This document shows, in pieces, positions 1 to 10,542 of a stretch of 64,000 bases of DNA (its first letter is position 1; every line of letters starts with the position of its first letter). The notes beneath the pieces are model-generated. The model saw only the letters and a list, made by a program, of their open reading frames with translations, did no database searches and had not been told where the DNA came from. Origin of the DNA: Escherichia coli (GTDB taxonomy: Bacteria; Pseudomonadota; Gammaproteobacteria; Enterobacterales; Enterobacteriaceae); the NCBI RefSeq assembly GCF_011045215.1, contig NZ_CP049201.1, one strand, 5' to 3'. Both the position numbers and the translations under genes were made by a program.

Positions 1-265
<265 letters not shown>

Positions 266-269
266 TCAG

Positions 270-545
270 CTATTTAAGATAGGCACGAACCAGTTCAATA
301 GTGTCGTCAACGGATTGGCTGACTTCGCGGCTGTAGCAGTCATTTCGGTCAAACGTTTCCCGGATATGGCTTTCAAGCACTTCTGCCATCAGCCCATTAG
401 CCGCGCCCCGAACGGCAGCGATCTGTTGGAGTATGGCACGGCATTCGGCATCACCCTCCAGCGACCGTTCCAGAGCATCAATCTGCCCTCGAATACGACG
501 AACTCGAGTAAGGACCTTTTTCTTCTCTTCCGGAGTACTGGGCAT
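270..545 (-). CDS. frmR: Formaldehyde-responsive transcriptional repressor FrmR (CsoR/RcnR family)
   Basis: ORF track 270..566; translation [52 protein letters not shown] matches FrmR. Start trimmed to the MPSTPEE methionine, giving the expected 91 aa. Confidence 0.9.
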
Positions 546-571
546 TTCGCACCTCATCATCTGCATGCAAT

Positions 572-620
572 ATACTATAGGGGGGTATGCTATATGTCAA
601 TGCATACCCCCCTATAGTAT
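572..620. promoter_or_regulatory. Perfect 19-bp inverted repeat (ATACTATAGGGGGGTATGC / GCATACCCCCCTATAGTAT) with 11-bp spacer, upstream of frmR; probable FrmR operator in the frmRAB promoter
   Basis: Read directly: 572..590 is the exact reverse complement of 602..620. It lies 27-75 bp upstream of the frmR start, with a G6/C6 tract typical of CsoR/RcnR-family operators. Confidence 0.7.
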
Positions 621-704
621 ATAACACTGGAGAATAATTGTTGTCCGAAGCCTAACCAGGCGAACGGTCCCTCAAGACAGATGGGGACCGTTTATGTGCT
701 ATTT

Positions 705-1763
705 TTATGCCGCATCCGCTAAAACAAACATCCCGTAAGGATGGATTTCGAGGTAATAGTGCTCACCAATATCGGGCTGTAAACGGGTGGCGTTTACTTG
801 TAATAAAATCTCCTGTCCATGCCACTCTACGGTCACTTCGTACTGCGGCCCCATGTAGGCGACATGGCGAATAACACAACGCTGACTCTCTTCGCCGTGA
901 TTGCTTAAGGTGATGGCTTCCGGGCGAACGCCGACGGTGCCGCTACCTTGCGCCGGGAAATGCGCCGCGCGCGGCAGGCGATAACCGTAGATATCGACAT
1001 ACTCTTCGCTAAAGTTCGCCGGGAACAGGTTGGCGTCGCCCATAAAACTTGCCATAAATCGGGAGGCTGGCTGACGATAGAGATCCTGCGGTGAGCCAAT
1101 CTGCATGATGTGACCTTTATTCATCACCAGCACAGTGTCGGACACCGCGAAAGCTTCACTTTGATCGTGAGTGACGTAGAGCGACGTGATATTAAACTGC
1201 TTTTGCAGCTCGCGGATCTTATCGCGCATACTGCGGCGCAGGTTGGCATCGAGGTTACTTAACGGCTCATCAAACAGCAGCACCTTTGGCTTGAGGATCA
1301 ACGCGCGGGCCAGTGCCACACGCTGTTGCTGACCACCGGAAATCTGATCGACATAGCGGTCCTCGAAGCCTTCCAGATCCACCATTGCCAGCGCCTCCTT
1401 CACCCGCTGTTTCACTTCGCTACGCGACACGCCAAGCATCTTCAGCCCGTAGCCAACGTTTTCACCCAGCGACATATGCGGGAACAGAGCGTATGACTGA
1501 AACACCATGCAGATATCGCGCTGTTGAATGGAACGATGCGTGACATCTTCGCCATCAATAAAAATTTGCCCTTCGCTCGGTTTTTCCAGCCCGGCAACCA
1601 GACGCAAAATGGTGGTTTTGCCACAGCCGGAAGGACCGAGCAGCGTCACCATTTGCCCTTGTGGAATGGTGAGATTGATATTGTCGATAACCGTATTACT
1701 GCCGAATCGTTTAGTGACGTTGCGCAGTTCAACAAAATTTTTCTGACTCATAGTGCGCTCCAT
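705..1763 (-). CDS. afuC: ABC transporter ATP-binding protein, AfuC/FbpC-like
   Basis: 352-aa ORF with Walker [13 protein letters not shown] signature [15 protein letters not shown], Walker B LLFDEPLS and a C-terminal TOBE-like extension. Start codon overlaps the upstream permease stop (TAATG). Confidence 0.85.
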   Translation of the reverse strand: MERTMSQKNFVELRNVTKRFGSNTVIDNINLTIPQGQMVTLLGPSGCGKTTILRLVAGLEKPSEGQIFIDGEDVTHRSIQQRDICMVFQSYALFPHMSLGENVGYGLKMLGVSRSEVKQRVKEALAMVDLEGFEDRYVDQISGGQQQRVALARALILKPKVLLFDEPLSNLDANLRRSMRDKIRELQKQFNITSLYVTHDQSEAFAVSDTVLVMNKGHIMQIGSPQDLYRQPASRFMASFMGDANLFPANFSEEYVDIYGYRLPRAAHFPAQGSGTVGVRPEAITLSNHGEESQRCVIRHVAYMGPQYEVTVEWHGQEILLQVNATRLQPDIGEHYYLEIHPYGMFVLADAA

Positions 1764-3841
1764 TACGCCTGGTTTTTGGCTTTAGAACGGGAGATACGAG
1801 CTTCTCCGATCAGCCAGTCAAAGAGGAAAATAATCGCCAGCATCACCACGATCAGAATCGAACCATAGGCGATGGCTACGCCATATTCGCCGTCTTCAAC
1901 GCGGTTAAGAATGTAGGCGGTTGCCACGCGGGTGTCCGGCGTGACGAGAAAGACGATGGCGCTGACCGTCGTGATGGCCCGCACAAAGCTGTAGATCAGG
2001 GCCGAGAGAATGGCCGGACGCAGCAGCGGCAGTAAAATGTGGGTTATGGTTCGCAAGGAACCCGCGCGCAGGCTGAGTGAGGCTTCATCCAGCGATTTGT
2101 CGATCTGCCCCAGACCCGCAATCCCGGCGCGAATACCCACCGGAACGTTACGCATCACCATCGAGATAATCACAATTGCCGCCGTTCCGGTGAGATAAAC
2201 CGGAGCGCTGTTAAAGGCAAGAATATACGAAACGCCCGCCACCGTACCCGGTACGGCAAAGCACAGCATGGTGGTGAACTCGATGGTCTTTTTGCCTTTG
2301 AATTGTTGACGCACCACCACCCAGGCGATGAGCAGGCCAAAGATAGCGGTAATGGGAGCGGCAATCCCGGCGTAGAGCAGGGTATCCAGCAGTGAAGGCC
2401 ACGCGCCGTCGCTCATTCCCTGACCAAATAGCTTGATAAAGTTATCCAGCGTCAGGGTGTAGTCCACGCCCCAGTTCACCGTGAAGCTGCCGTAGAAAAT
2501 GCTGCCGTAGAGCAGGGCGTTAAAGGCAATCCATATCGCAAGTATGGCGACCACGCTCCACACCAGGGTGACCGGTAGCGGCTGGACGTCGCCACGGTAG
2601 GATTTGCCGGAAACCGTGACGTAAGAGCGTTTACCAATCCACATATACTGGATGCAGAACACCAGCAGCGAGAACAGCAGCAGGAAAGCGCCAAGGGTGC
2701 TGGCGGCCTGATAATCCAGCTGCGAGCCGGTAATATAGAAGTAAATTTGCGTCGCCAGTACGTCGAAGTTACCGCCAAGTACCAGCGGGTTACTGAAATC
2801 AGCCAGTGACTGTACCACGACGATTAAAAAGGCATTGGCGAGTGCGGGCTTTAGCAACGGCACAAACACGCCGTTAAAGGTTTGCCAGCGGCTGGCGCGC
2901 AGGGTGTAGGAGGCCTCTTCCAGCGAGGGATGAATGGTTTTAATGGCCCCGTCGAGGATCATAAATGCCATTGGCGTGAATGCCAGAACCTGTGCCAGCC
3001 AGATCCCGGTAAAACCGTACAGCCAGTTGGTGTTGGTCAGCCCAAACCACTCCACCATAAATTCCGTAACATAGCCGGAGCGCCCCATCATGAGCGTCAC
3101 GCCTAAGCCGACCACAAACGGTGGCGTAACGATGGGCAAAATGGAAAAGATGCGACCAATAATGGCGCTGCGTTTAGCGATGCGCGTGGTATAAATCGCC
3201 AGCACCAGGCCGAAGAAAGTACAGCCTATCCCCACCGCTATCGACAAGACGATAGAGTTGACGATCACCTGAACAATATGTGCCTGCGAGAGCACGGTCA
3301 TAAACGCCAGCGGGGCGAACTCTCCCGCGTCGTTGGTGAACATCGGGATAAAAATGGCGATGCTCGGCCAGACGATAAAAATGCCAATCAGCGCCACAAT
3401 CGCAATCAGTGAGCCGATCACGAAGCGGTCGCCGCCCAGCCATTCGAGGCGGGTTAAGGCCAGCGTCATAATCGCGCCTAGTTCAACAAACAGCACGATG
3501 GCGGCGTAGCCTAAACCGCGTCCAGCCACGGTGGCGCTGATGACGATAAACGCCATACAGAGCAATGCCCAGCTGGCATCAAAATAATGACGACTACGCT
3601 GTTCGCGTGTGACCTCACGAAACGGGCGAACCAGCAACAGACTCGGTAACAAATACCACAGCCAGCTGATATTAAAATGCGACCAGCCATAAGCCTCGAG
3701 GATCTCATCACTCGTGGACTCCAGCAGGCCATAATCGAGGCTCCAGCTCGGCAACAGTATAAATGCCAGCCAGCCCAGCAAAACCCAAAGGAAAATCGCA
3801 TCCCGCTTTTTCACGGGATGGAGTGCAAGTGTCTGTGACAT
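1763..3841 (-). CDS. afuB: ABC transporter permease, fused two-domain, AfuB/FbpB-like
   Basis: ORF track 1763..3892 (709 aa, highly hydrophobic, two permease halves). The 3892 start is a TTG; the ATG at 3841 (MSQTLALHP) is more plausible. Start is uncertain by 17 codons. Confidence 0.8.
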   Translation of the reverse strand: MSQTLALHPVKKRDAIFLWVLLGWLAFILLPSWSLDYGLLESTSDEILEAYGWSHFNISWLWYLLPSLLLVRPFREVTREQRSRHYFDASWALLCMAFIVISATVAGRGLGYAAIVLFVELGAIMTLALTRLEWLGGDRFVIGSLIAIVALIGIFIVWPSIAIFIPMFTNDAGEFAPLAFMTVLSQAHIVQVIVNSIVLSIAVGIGCTFFGLVLAIYTTRIAKRSAIIGRIFSILPIVTPPFVVGLGVTLMMGRSGYVTEFMVEWFGLTNTNWLYGFTGIWLAQVLAFTPMAFMILDGAIKTIHPSLEEASYTLRASRWQTFNGVFVPLLKPALANAFLIVVVQSLADFSNPLVLGGNFDVLATQIYFYITGSQLDYQAASTLGAFLLLFSLLVFCIQYMWIGKRSYVTVSGKSYRGDVQPLPVTLVWSVVAILAIWIAFNALLYGSIFYGSFTVNWGVDYTLTLDNFIKLFGQGMSDGAWPSLLDTLLYAGIAAPITAIFGLLIAWVVVRQQFKGKKTIEFTTMLCFAVPGTVAGVSYILAFNSAPVYLTGTAAIVIISMVMRNVPVGIRAGIAGLGQIDKSLDEASLSLRAGSLRTITHILLPLLRPAILSALIYSFVRAITTVSAIVFLVTPDTRVATAYILNRVEDGEYGVAIAYGSILIVVMLAIIFLFDWLIGEARISRSKAKNQA

Positions 3842-3909
3842 AGCAGTTCCGGTATGGTTGGCCGGGGCAGGCGTTTGTGCTGCACCCGGCAAATACGCCT
3901 AATGCGGGT

Positions 3910-4941
3910 TTATTTACCCATCTTCACTTCGCTGACCCATTTATTAATCAATGCCTTACGAACATCCGTGGAACCATATTTATCCATGTCGTAGTTGATT
4001 AATTTCAGGTCGTCGAGCTTCAGCGAATTTGGCGACGTTTCGGCGGTGGTATTGGTCAGGATCTGATAAGACTTCCCTTTCTTCCACGCCAGTTCCTGAG
4101 CTTCTTTTGATAATACCCAGTCCACAAACAGTTTGGCGTTGTCGAGGTTGCGCGCGCCTTTCAGAATGCTGACGCCGCCAATTTCGTAGCCCGTACCTTC
4201 ACACGGGGAAATCAACTCCAGCGGCGCGCCCTGTTCTTTTTCCAGCGAGTAGTCATGCAGGAAGCCAATACCAATCGCCGTTTCGCCACGGGCGGCGTTA
4301 CGTGCCGGGGCTATGCCTGATTTGGTGTACTGAGAGACGTTGGCGTTCAGTTGTTTTAGATAATCAAAGGCCTGATCTTCCCCCCACAGCTGCGCAAAAG
4401 TAGCCAGGGCGGTGTAGGCAGTACCGGAACTTTGCGGATCGGCAATTTGAATTTCGCCTTTATATTCCGGTTTGGTGAGATCTTTCCAGCACTTCGGCAC
4501 CGGCAGGTTTTTCTCTTTCAGACGATCGGTGTTTACGCCAAAACCGAGGATCCCCACATAAACGGCAGAGGACAGATTCCCTTTCACTTTTGCCGGATCG
4601 CGGAATTTCTCCATGATCTGCTCAAGGTTAGGGGATTTATACGCCTGTAGCAGGCCCATCTCGCCAGCCTGCGATTGCGGGTCTAAAGTGCCGCCGTACC
4701 AGACGTCAGCCTGGGGGTTTTTCTTTTCAGCATCGACTTTTGCCAGGGTGCTTCCGGAACCGTTGCGGATAAACGAGGTTTTTACATCATATTTCTCGCC
4801 AAACGCTTTGGTTTCGGCCTCACACATTTCATTGGTGGCGCTGCAATAGACCACCAGCCGGCCTTTTGCCTGCGCGGCACCCGTTAAAGTCGCCAGCGCA
4901 ACGGCAGAAGCAATCAGAGTAGAGGTAAAGGTCATTTTCAT
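3910..4941 (-). CDS. afuA: Periplasmic substrate-binding protein of ABC transporter, AfuA/FbpA-like
   Basis: ORF track 3910..5268 trimmed to MKMTFTSTLIASAVALATLTGAAQA (signal peptide), giving 343 aa. Its ATG overlaps the stop of the upstream UhpC-like gene (ATGA at 4938..4941). Confidence 0.85.
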   Translation of the reverse strand: MKMTFTSTLIASAVALATLTGAAQAKGRLVVYCSATNEMCEAETKAFGEKYDVKTSFIRNGSGSTLAKVDAEKKNPQADVWYGGTLDPQSQAGEMGLLQAYKSPNLEQIMEKFRDPAKVKGNLSSAVYVGILGFGVNTDRLKEKNLPVPKCWKDLTKPEYKGEIQIADPQSSGTAYTALATFAQLWGEDQAFDYLKQLNANVSQYTKSGIAPARNAARGETAIGIGFLHDYSLEKEQGAPLELISPCEGTGYEIGGVSILKGARNLDNAKLFVDWVLSKEAQELAWKKGKSYQILTNTTAETSPNSLKLDDLKLINYDMDKYGSTDVRKALINKWVSEVKMGK

Positions 4942-6254
4942 TGTTTTATCCTTCGAGCGTGAGTGGTGGTGATGCCCGCCATCAGTAACGGCATCAGCAG
5001 TAAACCCATAAGTACTGCGGCGACCGAGAGTAAACTGAACATTCCCGGCCAGCCGTAGCGTTCGATGACCAGCGACAGCGGCCAGCCTGCCAGCGCCGCG
5101 CCAAGGTAAGCGAACAGGCCGAGAAATCCGGTGATTGAACCCGCCGCAGCTTTGTGCCCACACTCCACCGCCGCAAGTCCAATCAGCATTTGTGGGCCAA
5201 AGACGAAAAAGCCCACGGTAAAAAAGCACACTGCCAGCAGAGCGTAGTGATGAACCGGTGCCAGCCACAGTGCGGCGACTGACACCATCAACCCCAACGT
5301 GAACAGCAAAATCATTGGCGCTCGTTGCCCGCTAAACAGCAAATCCGATCCCCATCCGGCAAATAACGCGCCGAGTAAGCCGCCCACTTCAAACAGCATT
5401 ACCGTGGCGTTGGCGCTGAGCAGGTTGACACCGTGGCTTTCCGTCAGCCAGATATTGCCCCAGTCGTTAAGCGCAATCCGGATCACATAAACCAGTACAT
5501 AAGAGACGCCCAGTAGCCAGATCAGCGGATTTTGCAGCATGGTGGTGCGCAACATTTGCCACAGCCCCATCGGCGGACTTTGTTGTTCCTGACGTAACTC
5601 CAGCGGATCGTGACGCCAGTGACCAACTGTCGGTAATCCCTCTTCCTGGGGCGTGCCTTTGAGTTGTAGCGTTAACCAGATCCCTAATGCCATGCTGATT
5701 ATCCCCGGTGTCAGCATCGCGGCCTGCCAGCCCCACCAGTGGGCGGCAAAGGCGCTAATCAGCGGAATAATCGCTCCGCCAATGTTGATCGACATATTCC
5801 AGCAGCCCCACCAGAAACCGCGCTCATTGCGTGAGTACCAGTGGGTCAGCAAGCGGGCACACGGTGGCCATCCCCAGCCCTGAAAAAAACCGTTCAGTGT
5901 CCAGACCACAAGCAGAAGCGTAAGTGATTCGCCAAAGGCAAACACCACGTTCAATAACCCGGTGGCGAACAAGCCGACGCCCATAAAACCGCGTTGTCCG
6001 TGGCTGTCATGCCACAGTCCGGCGGTAAATTTCGACAATCCGTAGCTGAGATAAAACAGCGAACCCAGCAGGCCAATGTCGCCTTTATCCAGTCCGAGGT
6101 CGGTTTGTAGCGCCGGAAGGACGTAATTCACGCTTTTTCGCGTCAGATAAAATGCGGCGTAGCCAATAATCATGCACATCAGCAATCGCGGACGTAATGT
6201 CCGGTAGCATTGATTAATTTCTCTCGCTGAACGCGCGTGCATGGTTGTCTCCAT
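4938..6254 (-). CDS. MFS sugar-phosphate sensor/transporter, UhpC-like
   Basis: 438-aa polytopic membrane protein with organophosphate:Pi antiporter family features (G-rich TM helices, 12 predicted TM segments). Resembles UhpC/UhpT but sits in a separate locus. Confidence 0.8.
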   Translation of the reverse strand: METTMHARSAREINQCYRTLRPRLLMCMIIGYAAFYLTRKSVNYVLPALQTDLGLDKGDIGLLGSLFYLSYGLSKFTAGLWHDSHGQRGFMGVGLFATGLLNVVFAFGESLTLLLVVWTLNGFFQGWGWPPCARLLTHWYSRNERGFWWGCWNMSINIGGAIIPLISAFAAHWWGWQAAMLTPGIISMALGIWLTLQLKGTPQEEGLPTVGHWRHDPLELRQEQQSPPMGLWQMLRTTMLQNPLIWLLGVSYVLVYVIRIALNDWGNIWLTESHGVNLLSANATVMLFEVGGLLGALFAGWGSDLLFSGQRAPMILLFTLGLMVSVAALWLAPVHHYALLAVCFFTVGFFVFGPQMLIGLAAVECGHKAAAGSITGFLGLFAYLGAALAGWPLSLVIERYGWPGMFSLLSVAAVLMGLLLMPLLMAGITTTHARRIKQ

Positions 6255-6326
6255 GTTGCTGACTATATGAAAATGAAAGTGAAAGGGGATGAGAGAAAAT
6301 CCGGGATACCTAAGACTTTTTCCTGG

Positions 6327-7868
6327 TTATCCGGCGATTTGTTGCAAAAATGTGGGCAAGTTAACAATTACCCGCGTGCCGTGCTGTTTTTCGAGCGTTA
6401 AGTCGCCGCCCAGGGCGCTGACGCGCTCACGCATCCCCTGAATGCCAAATCCGGCCATTTTCCCGCTGGCGATCCCCACACCGTTGTCGCTGACTTCCAG
6501 ATGCAATACCTCTCCCTGCTGGCGCAGGATAATCGTCACTTCGCTGGCTTCGGCGTGTTTACAGATGTTATTGAGCAACTCCTGCAATAACCGATACAAG
6601 GTAAAGCGCACCGTTTCGTTTTCTGGTGTGGAGTTCAGTTGATAGGCAAACTGGCAATGAATGCCGCGTTCACTAAAGGCAAATTCATTAATCAGATGCA
6701 ACAACGCTTCGCGAAATGTCAGTTCATCAAGCGCGGGAGGCCGCAACTGGCGTAGCAATTGGCGGGTGGAGAGATGAATGCGGCGGGCGAGCTCATTGAT
6801 TTGGCTGGCTGCGGATTGAATTTGCGCCGGATCACGCGCCCGCTTCACCAGTTGCGACTGGATCTGAATGGCGGTGATGTTCTGACCGATTTCGTCGTGC
6901 AGCTCTCGCGCCAGGTTTTTTCGCGTGTCCTCCTCGGTGTGGATCAGCTTTTCCGCCAATGCCCGCCGCGCTGCCAGCTCGGCCTCCAGCCGTTGTCGGT
7001 AATGGTGCAGGTTTAGCGCCAGATGTTGCTGGCGACTGATGGCAATGCCCAGGCCAATTCCCAGCAAGGCCTGGGTCGCGAGGAAAATCTCCAGCTCCAC
7101 CAGGTTACTAAAGCCCACGCCAATCTGGCGGGCGATGGTGATCATCATGCTGCCCAAAAGCCCGGAGAGTACGCCACCTTGCCAGCCAAATTTCCACGCC
7201 ATCACCACATTGGGCAAAAAGACCACGATCAACAGCAGACGTTCAATTTCAGGTGACAGCACCATCTGAGTGCCGATACCAATAATAAAAAACAGGCTAC
7301 ACCAGATGATTAAAGAGGTACGCAAGGGGGGATTATGCGTATCGAGTCCCAGGAGCTGGTAGCGATGCTGCTGGCGCAGAAACTCAAAGATAAGATAGAC
7401 AAACGGCGTCAGTAATACGCCGCCGGTAAATGAGGTCAAACCCGGCAGCATTATTGGGCCCGACATAAAAGGGGAGAGCAGGGCGGTATTCAACAATGAA
7501 GCTGCCGTGACAGTGGCTAACAGCAACGTCAGACGCTGCCAGTAAAGTGGAAAACGGTGCCAGAAGTTTTGCGCAAGGAGGACAGGAAACAGGCTAATAA
7601 CCGGCGTTGCCAGCATGAGATAACCGTTCAATAGCTGTTCACTATGGAGCCAGAACATCATCAGCAAAGGGGGGAGCACCAACGCAGGCCAGTAGCGGCG
7701 AGAGAGCAAAATAACAAGGGCGAGATAAACTCCCTGAGGGAGAAACAACACTGCCTGTTGACCGTTATTGGTCAGATAAAAGCTGAGCGTCCACAGCATC
7801 AGCCAGCCGGTTCCCCAGGCCAGCACAATAAACAGCGAAATCACCCAATGACGAAGATTGCGCGACAT
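6327..7868 (-). CDS. Sensor histidine kinase, UhpB-like (MASE1 membrane domain + HisKA_3/HATPase)
   Basis: 513 aa; N-terminal multi-TM region, H-box ELHDEIGQN and NarX/UhpB-type ATPase motifs (DNGVGI, GFGIQGMRERV). Confidence 0.85.
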   Translation of the reverse strand: MSRNLRHWVISLFIVLAWGTGWLMLWTLSFYLTNNGQQAVLFLPQGVYLALVILLSRRYWPALVLPPLLMMFWLHSEQLLNGYLMLATPVISLFPVLLAQNFWHRFPLYWQRLTLLLATVTAASLLNTALLSPFMSGPIMLPGLTSFTGGVLLTPFVYLIFEFLRQQHRYQLLGLDTHNPPLRTSLIIWCSLFFIIGIGTQMVLSPEIERLLLIVVFLPNVVMAWKFGWQGGVLSGLLGSMMITIARQIGVGFSNLVELEIFLATQALLGIGLGIAISRQQHLALNLHHYRQRLEAELAARRALAEKLIHTEEDTRKNLARELHDEIGQNITAIQIQSQLVKRARDPAQIQSAASQINELARRIHLSTRQLLRQLRPPALDELTFREALLHLINEFAFSERGIHCQFAYQLNSTPENETVRFTLYRLLQELLNNICKHAEASEVTIILRQQGEVLHLEVSDNGVGIASGKMAGFGIQGMRERVSALGGDLTLEKQHGTRVIVNLPTFLQQIAG

Positions 7869-8497
7869 TAATGCCCCGCCAGCAGATGGTGGTCGAGCGC
7901 AAAATGTACCAGTTCAATGGTGCTATGGCAGTTCAGTTTTCCCAGCACATTGGCGCGATGCACATGTACCGTTTTATGACTGAGTTCGAGTTTAAAGGCG
8001 ATCTCTTTAACGCTGTCTCCTTTGACCAGTAAATCAAACACTTCACGTTCTCGTGGGGTGAGAATTTCTAGCGCCTGGGCGGGTTGCCCGCCGCCGCGTA
8101 AAGCCCGAATCGCATCGGCACAGAGATAATGCCCGCCCAGCCCGACCGAGCGCACCGCCTGTACTAACTCTTCCGGCCCACAGCGTTTGGTTAAATACCC
8201 GCTGGCACCAGCATCCAGCGCGCTTTGCACAAAGGTTGGCGCGTCATAAATGCTAAGAATAATGGCGCGAAATTGCGGTTTTTGTGCACGCAGGCGCTTA
8301 AGCAAACTGAGGCCGTTTTCGTCCGGCATGGCAATATCAATGACGGCAACATTGACGTCATCACGGATTAATGCCGACCATGCCTGCGCGGCACTACTGT
8401 ACTGACCAATGACCTCCAGATCGTCTTCCAGAGAGAGTAATTGTGCGAAGCCAGAGCGCACCACCACATGGTCATCCACCAGCACTACCCGAATCAT
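7868..8497 (-). CDS. Response regulator, UhpA-like (REC + LuxR-type HTH)
   Basis: 209 aa; MIRVVLVDDHVVVRSGFAQLL receiver domain and C-terminal LuxR HTH (KEIAFKLELSHKTVHVHRANVLGKL). Stop overlaps the kinase start by 1 nt. Confidence 0.85.
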   Translation of the reverse strand: MIRVVLVDDHVVVRSGFAQLLSLEDDLEVIGQYSSAAQAWSALIRDDVNVAVIDIAMPDENGLSLLKRLRAQKPQFRAIILSIYDAPTFVQSALDAGASGYLTKRCGPEELVQAVRSVGLGGHYLCADAIRALRGGGQPAQALEILTPREREVFDLLVKGDSVKEIAFKLELSHKTVHVHRANVLGKLNCHSTIELVHFALDHHLLAGH

Positions 8498-8799
8498 ACT
8501 TTTCTTCTCTTATTATCTAATTCTCCTATCATGCATCACGGCGCGGCGCTGGCAATCAACCAGCGACAGATATGGAATGGATGTAACAAAATGGCAATAA
8601 TTTGCCGGAGCGCACACATCTTATCTGGCTTGTGAACCGGCGGGATACGTTCGCCAAAACCGCAAAATGCGCAAACTCGCTAACCATTGCCGATTTTTTT
8701 CTAAAAACGCTTTGTTCTTAACAAGACCTTTTAATTCCTTTATCAAACTGACCCGCAACGAAATACTGCTCCCATAACAAGACAGGGGAGCAGACAATC

Positions 8800-9762
8800 A
8801 TGGCAATTTCATCGCGTAACACTCTTCTTGCCGCACTGGCATTCATCGCTTTTCAGGCGCAGGCGGTGAACGTCACCGTGGCGTATCAAACCTCAGCCGA
8901 ACCGGCGAAAGTGGCTCAGGCTGATAACACCTTTGCCAAAGAGAGCGGGGCGAACGTGGACTGGCGCAAGTTTGACAGCGGAGCCAGCATCGTGCGGGCG
9001 CTGGCTTCAGGCGATGTGCAAATCGGCAACCTCGGTTCCAGCCCGTTAGCGGTTGCAGCCAGCCAACAGGTGCCGATTGAAGTCTTCTTGCTGGCGTCAA
9101 AACTGGGTAACTCCGAAGCGCTGGTGGTAAAGAAAACTATCAGCAAACCCGAGGATCTGATTGGCAAACGCATCGCAGTGCCGTTTATCTCCACCACCCA
9201 CTACAGCCTGCTGGCGGCGCTGAAACACTGGGGCATTAAACCCGGGCAAGTGGAGATTGTGAACCTGCAGCCGCCCGCGATTATCGCTGCCTGGCAGCGG
9301 GGAGATATTGATGGTGCTTATGTCTGGGCACCGGCGGTTAACGCCCTGGAAAAAGACGGCAAGGTGTTGACCGATTCTGAACAGGTCGGGCAGTGGGGCG
9401 CGCCAACGCTGGACGTTTGGGTGGTGCGCAAAGATTTTGCCGAGAAACATCCTGAGGTCGTGAAAGCGTTCGCTAAAAGCGCCATCGATGCTCAGCAACC
9501 GTACATTGCTAACCCAGACGTGTGGCTGAAACAGCCGGAAAACATCAGCAAACTGGCGCGTTTAAGCGGCGTGCCTGAAGGTGACGTTCCGGGGCTGGTG
9601 AAGGGGAATACCTATCTGACGCCGCAGCAACAAACGGCAGAACTGACCGGACCGGTGAACAAAGCGATCATCGACACCGCGCAGTTTTTGAAAGAGCAGG
9701 GCAAGGTCCCGGCTGTAGCGAATGATTACAGCCAGTACGTTACCTCGCGCTTCGTGCAATAA
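8800..9762 (+). CDS. tauA: Taurine ABC transporter periplasmic binding protein
   Basis: 320-aa ORF with signal peptide, matching TauA; followed by tauBCD in the canonical order. Confidence 0.92.
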   Translation: MAISSRNTLLAALAFIAFQAQAVNVTVAYQTSAEPAKVAQADNTFAKESGANVDWRKFDSGASIVRALASGDVQIGNLGSSPLAVAASQQVPIEVFLLASKLGNSEALVVKKTISKPEDLIGKRIAVPFISTTHYSLLAALKHWGIKPGQVEIVNLQPPAIIAAWQRGDIDGAYVWAPAVNALEKDGKVLTDSEQVGQWGAPTLDVWVVRKDFAEKHPEVVKAFAKSAIDAQQPYIANPDVWLKQPENISKLARLSGVPEGDVPGLVKGNTYLTPQQQTAELTGPVNKAIIDTAQFLKEQGKVPAVANDYSQYVTSRFVQ

Positions 9763-9774
9763 AAGGAGGCGCAG

Positions 9775-10542
9775 ATGCTGCAAATCTCTCATCTTTACGC
9801 CGATTATGGCGGCAAACCGGTACTGGAAGATATCAACCTGACGCTGGAAAGCGGCGAGCTACTGGTGGTGCTGGGGCCGTCCGGCTGCGGTAAAACCACC
9901 CTGCTGAATTTGATTGCCGGTTTTGTGCCTTATCAGCATGGCAGCATTCAACTGGCGGGTAAGCGTATTGAGGGGCCGGGAGCAGAGCGTGGCGTAGTTT
10001 TTCAGAATGAAGGGCTACTACCGTGGCGCAATGTACAGGACAACGTGGCGTTCGGCCTGCAATTGGCAGGTATAGAGAAAATGCAGCGACTGGAAATCGC
10101 GCACCAGATGCTGAAAAAAGTGGGGCTGGAAGGCGCAGAAAAACGCTACATCTGGCAGCTTTCCGGTGGTCAACGTCAGCGGGTGGGGATTGCCCGCGCG
10201 CTGGCGGCGAATCCCCAGCTGTTATTACTCGACGAACCGTTTGGTGCGCTGGACGCCTTCACCCGCGACCAGATGCAAACCCTGCTGCTGAAACTCTGGC
10301 AGGAGACGGGCAAGCAGGTGCTGTTGATTACCCACGATATAGAAGAAGCGGTGTTTATGGCGACTGAACTGGTTCTGCTTTCATCCGGCCCTGGACGTGT
10401 GCTGGAGCGGCTGCCGCTCAACTTTGCTCGCCGCTTTGTTGCGGGAGAGTCGAGCCGCAGCATCAAGTCCGATCCACAATTCATCGCCATGCGCGAATAT
10501 GTTTTAAGCCGCGTATTTGAGCAACGGGAGGCGTTCTCATGA
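9775..10542 (+). CDS. tauB: Taurine ABC transporter ATP-binding protein
   Basis: 255 aa with Walker [10 protein letters not shown] and signature [15 protein letters not shown]. Confidence 0.92.
   Translation: MLQISHLYADYGGKPVLEDINLTLESGELLVVLGPSGCGKTTLLNLIAGFVPYQHGSIQLAGKRIEGPGAERGVVFQNEGLLPWRNVQDNVAFGLQLAGIEKMQRLEIAHQMLKKVGLEGAEKRYIWQLSGGQRQRVGIARALAANPQLLLLDEPFGALDAFTRDQMQTLLLKLWQETGKQVLLITHDIEEAVFMATELVLLSSGPGRVLERLPLNFARRFVAGESSRSIKSDPQFIAMREYVLSRVFEQREAFS

Noticed and set aside
663-692. Short hairpin (ACGGTCCC...GGGACCGT) between afuC and the frmR promoter, considered as the afuC terminator
   Set aside because: The stem is short and lacks a convincing U-run in the afuC (minus) orientation. 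It may insulate afuC from frmR but the evidence is too weak for a feature call.
3910-5268. Extended 452-aa version of afuA, and similar N-terminal extensions in the ORF track for afuB, proC, yaiI, rdgC, araJ, sbcD, tsx, yajI, ribH and hemB
   Set aside because: The extensions start at non-ATG or upstream codons and add non-conserved residues in front of clear native N-termini (signal peptides or known starts). The trimmed starts reproduce expected protein lengths.
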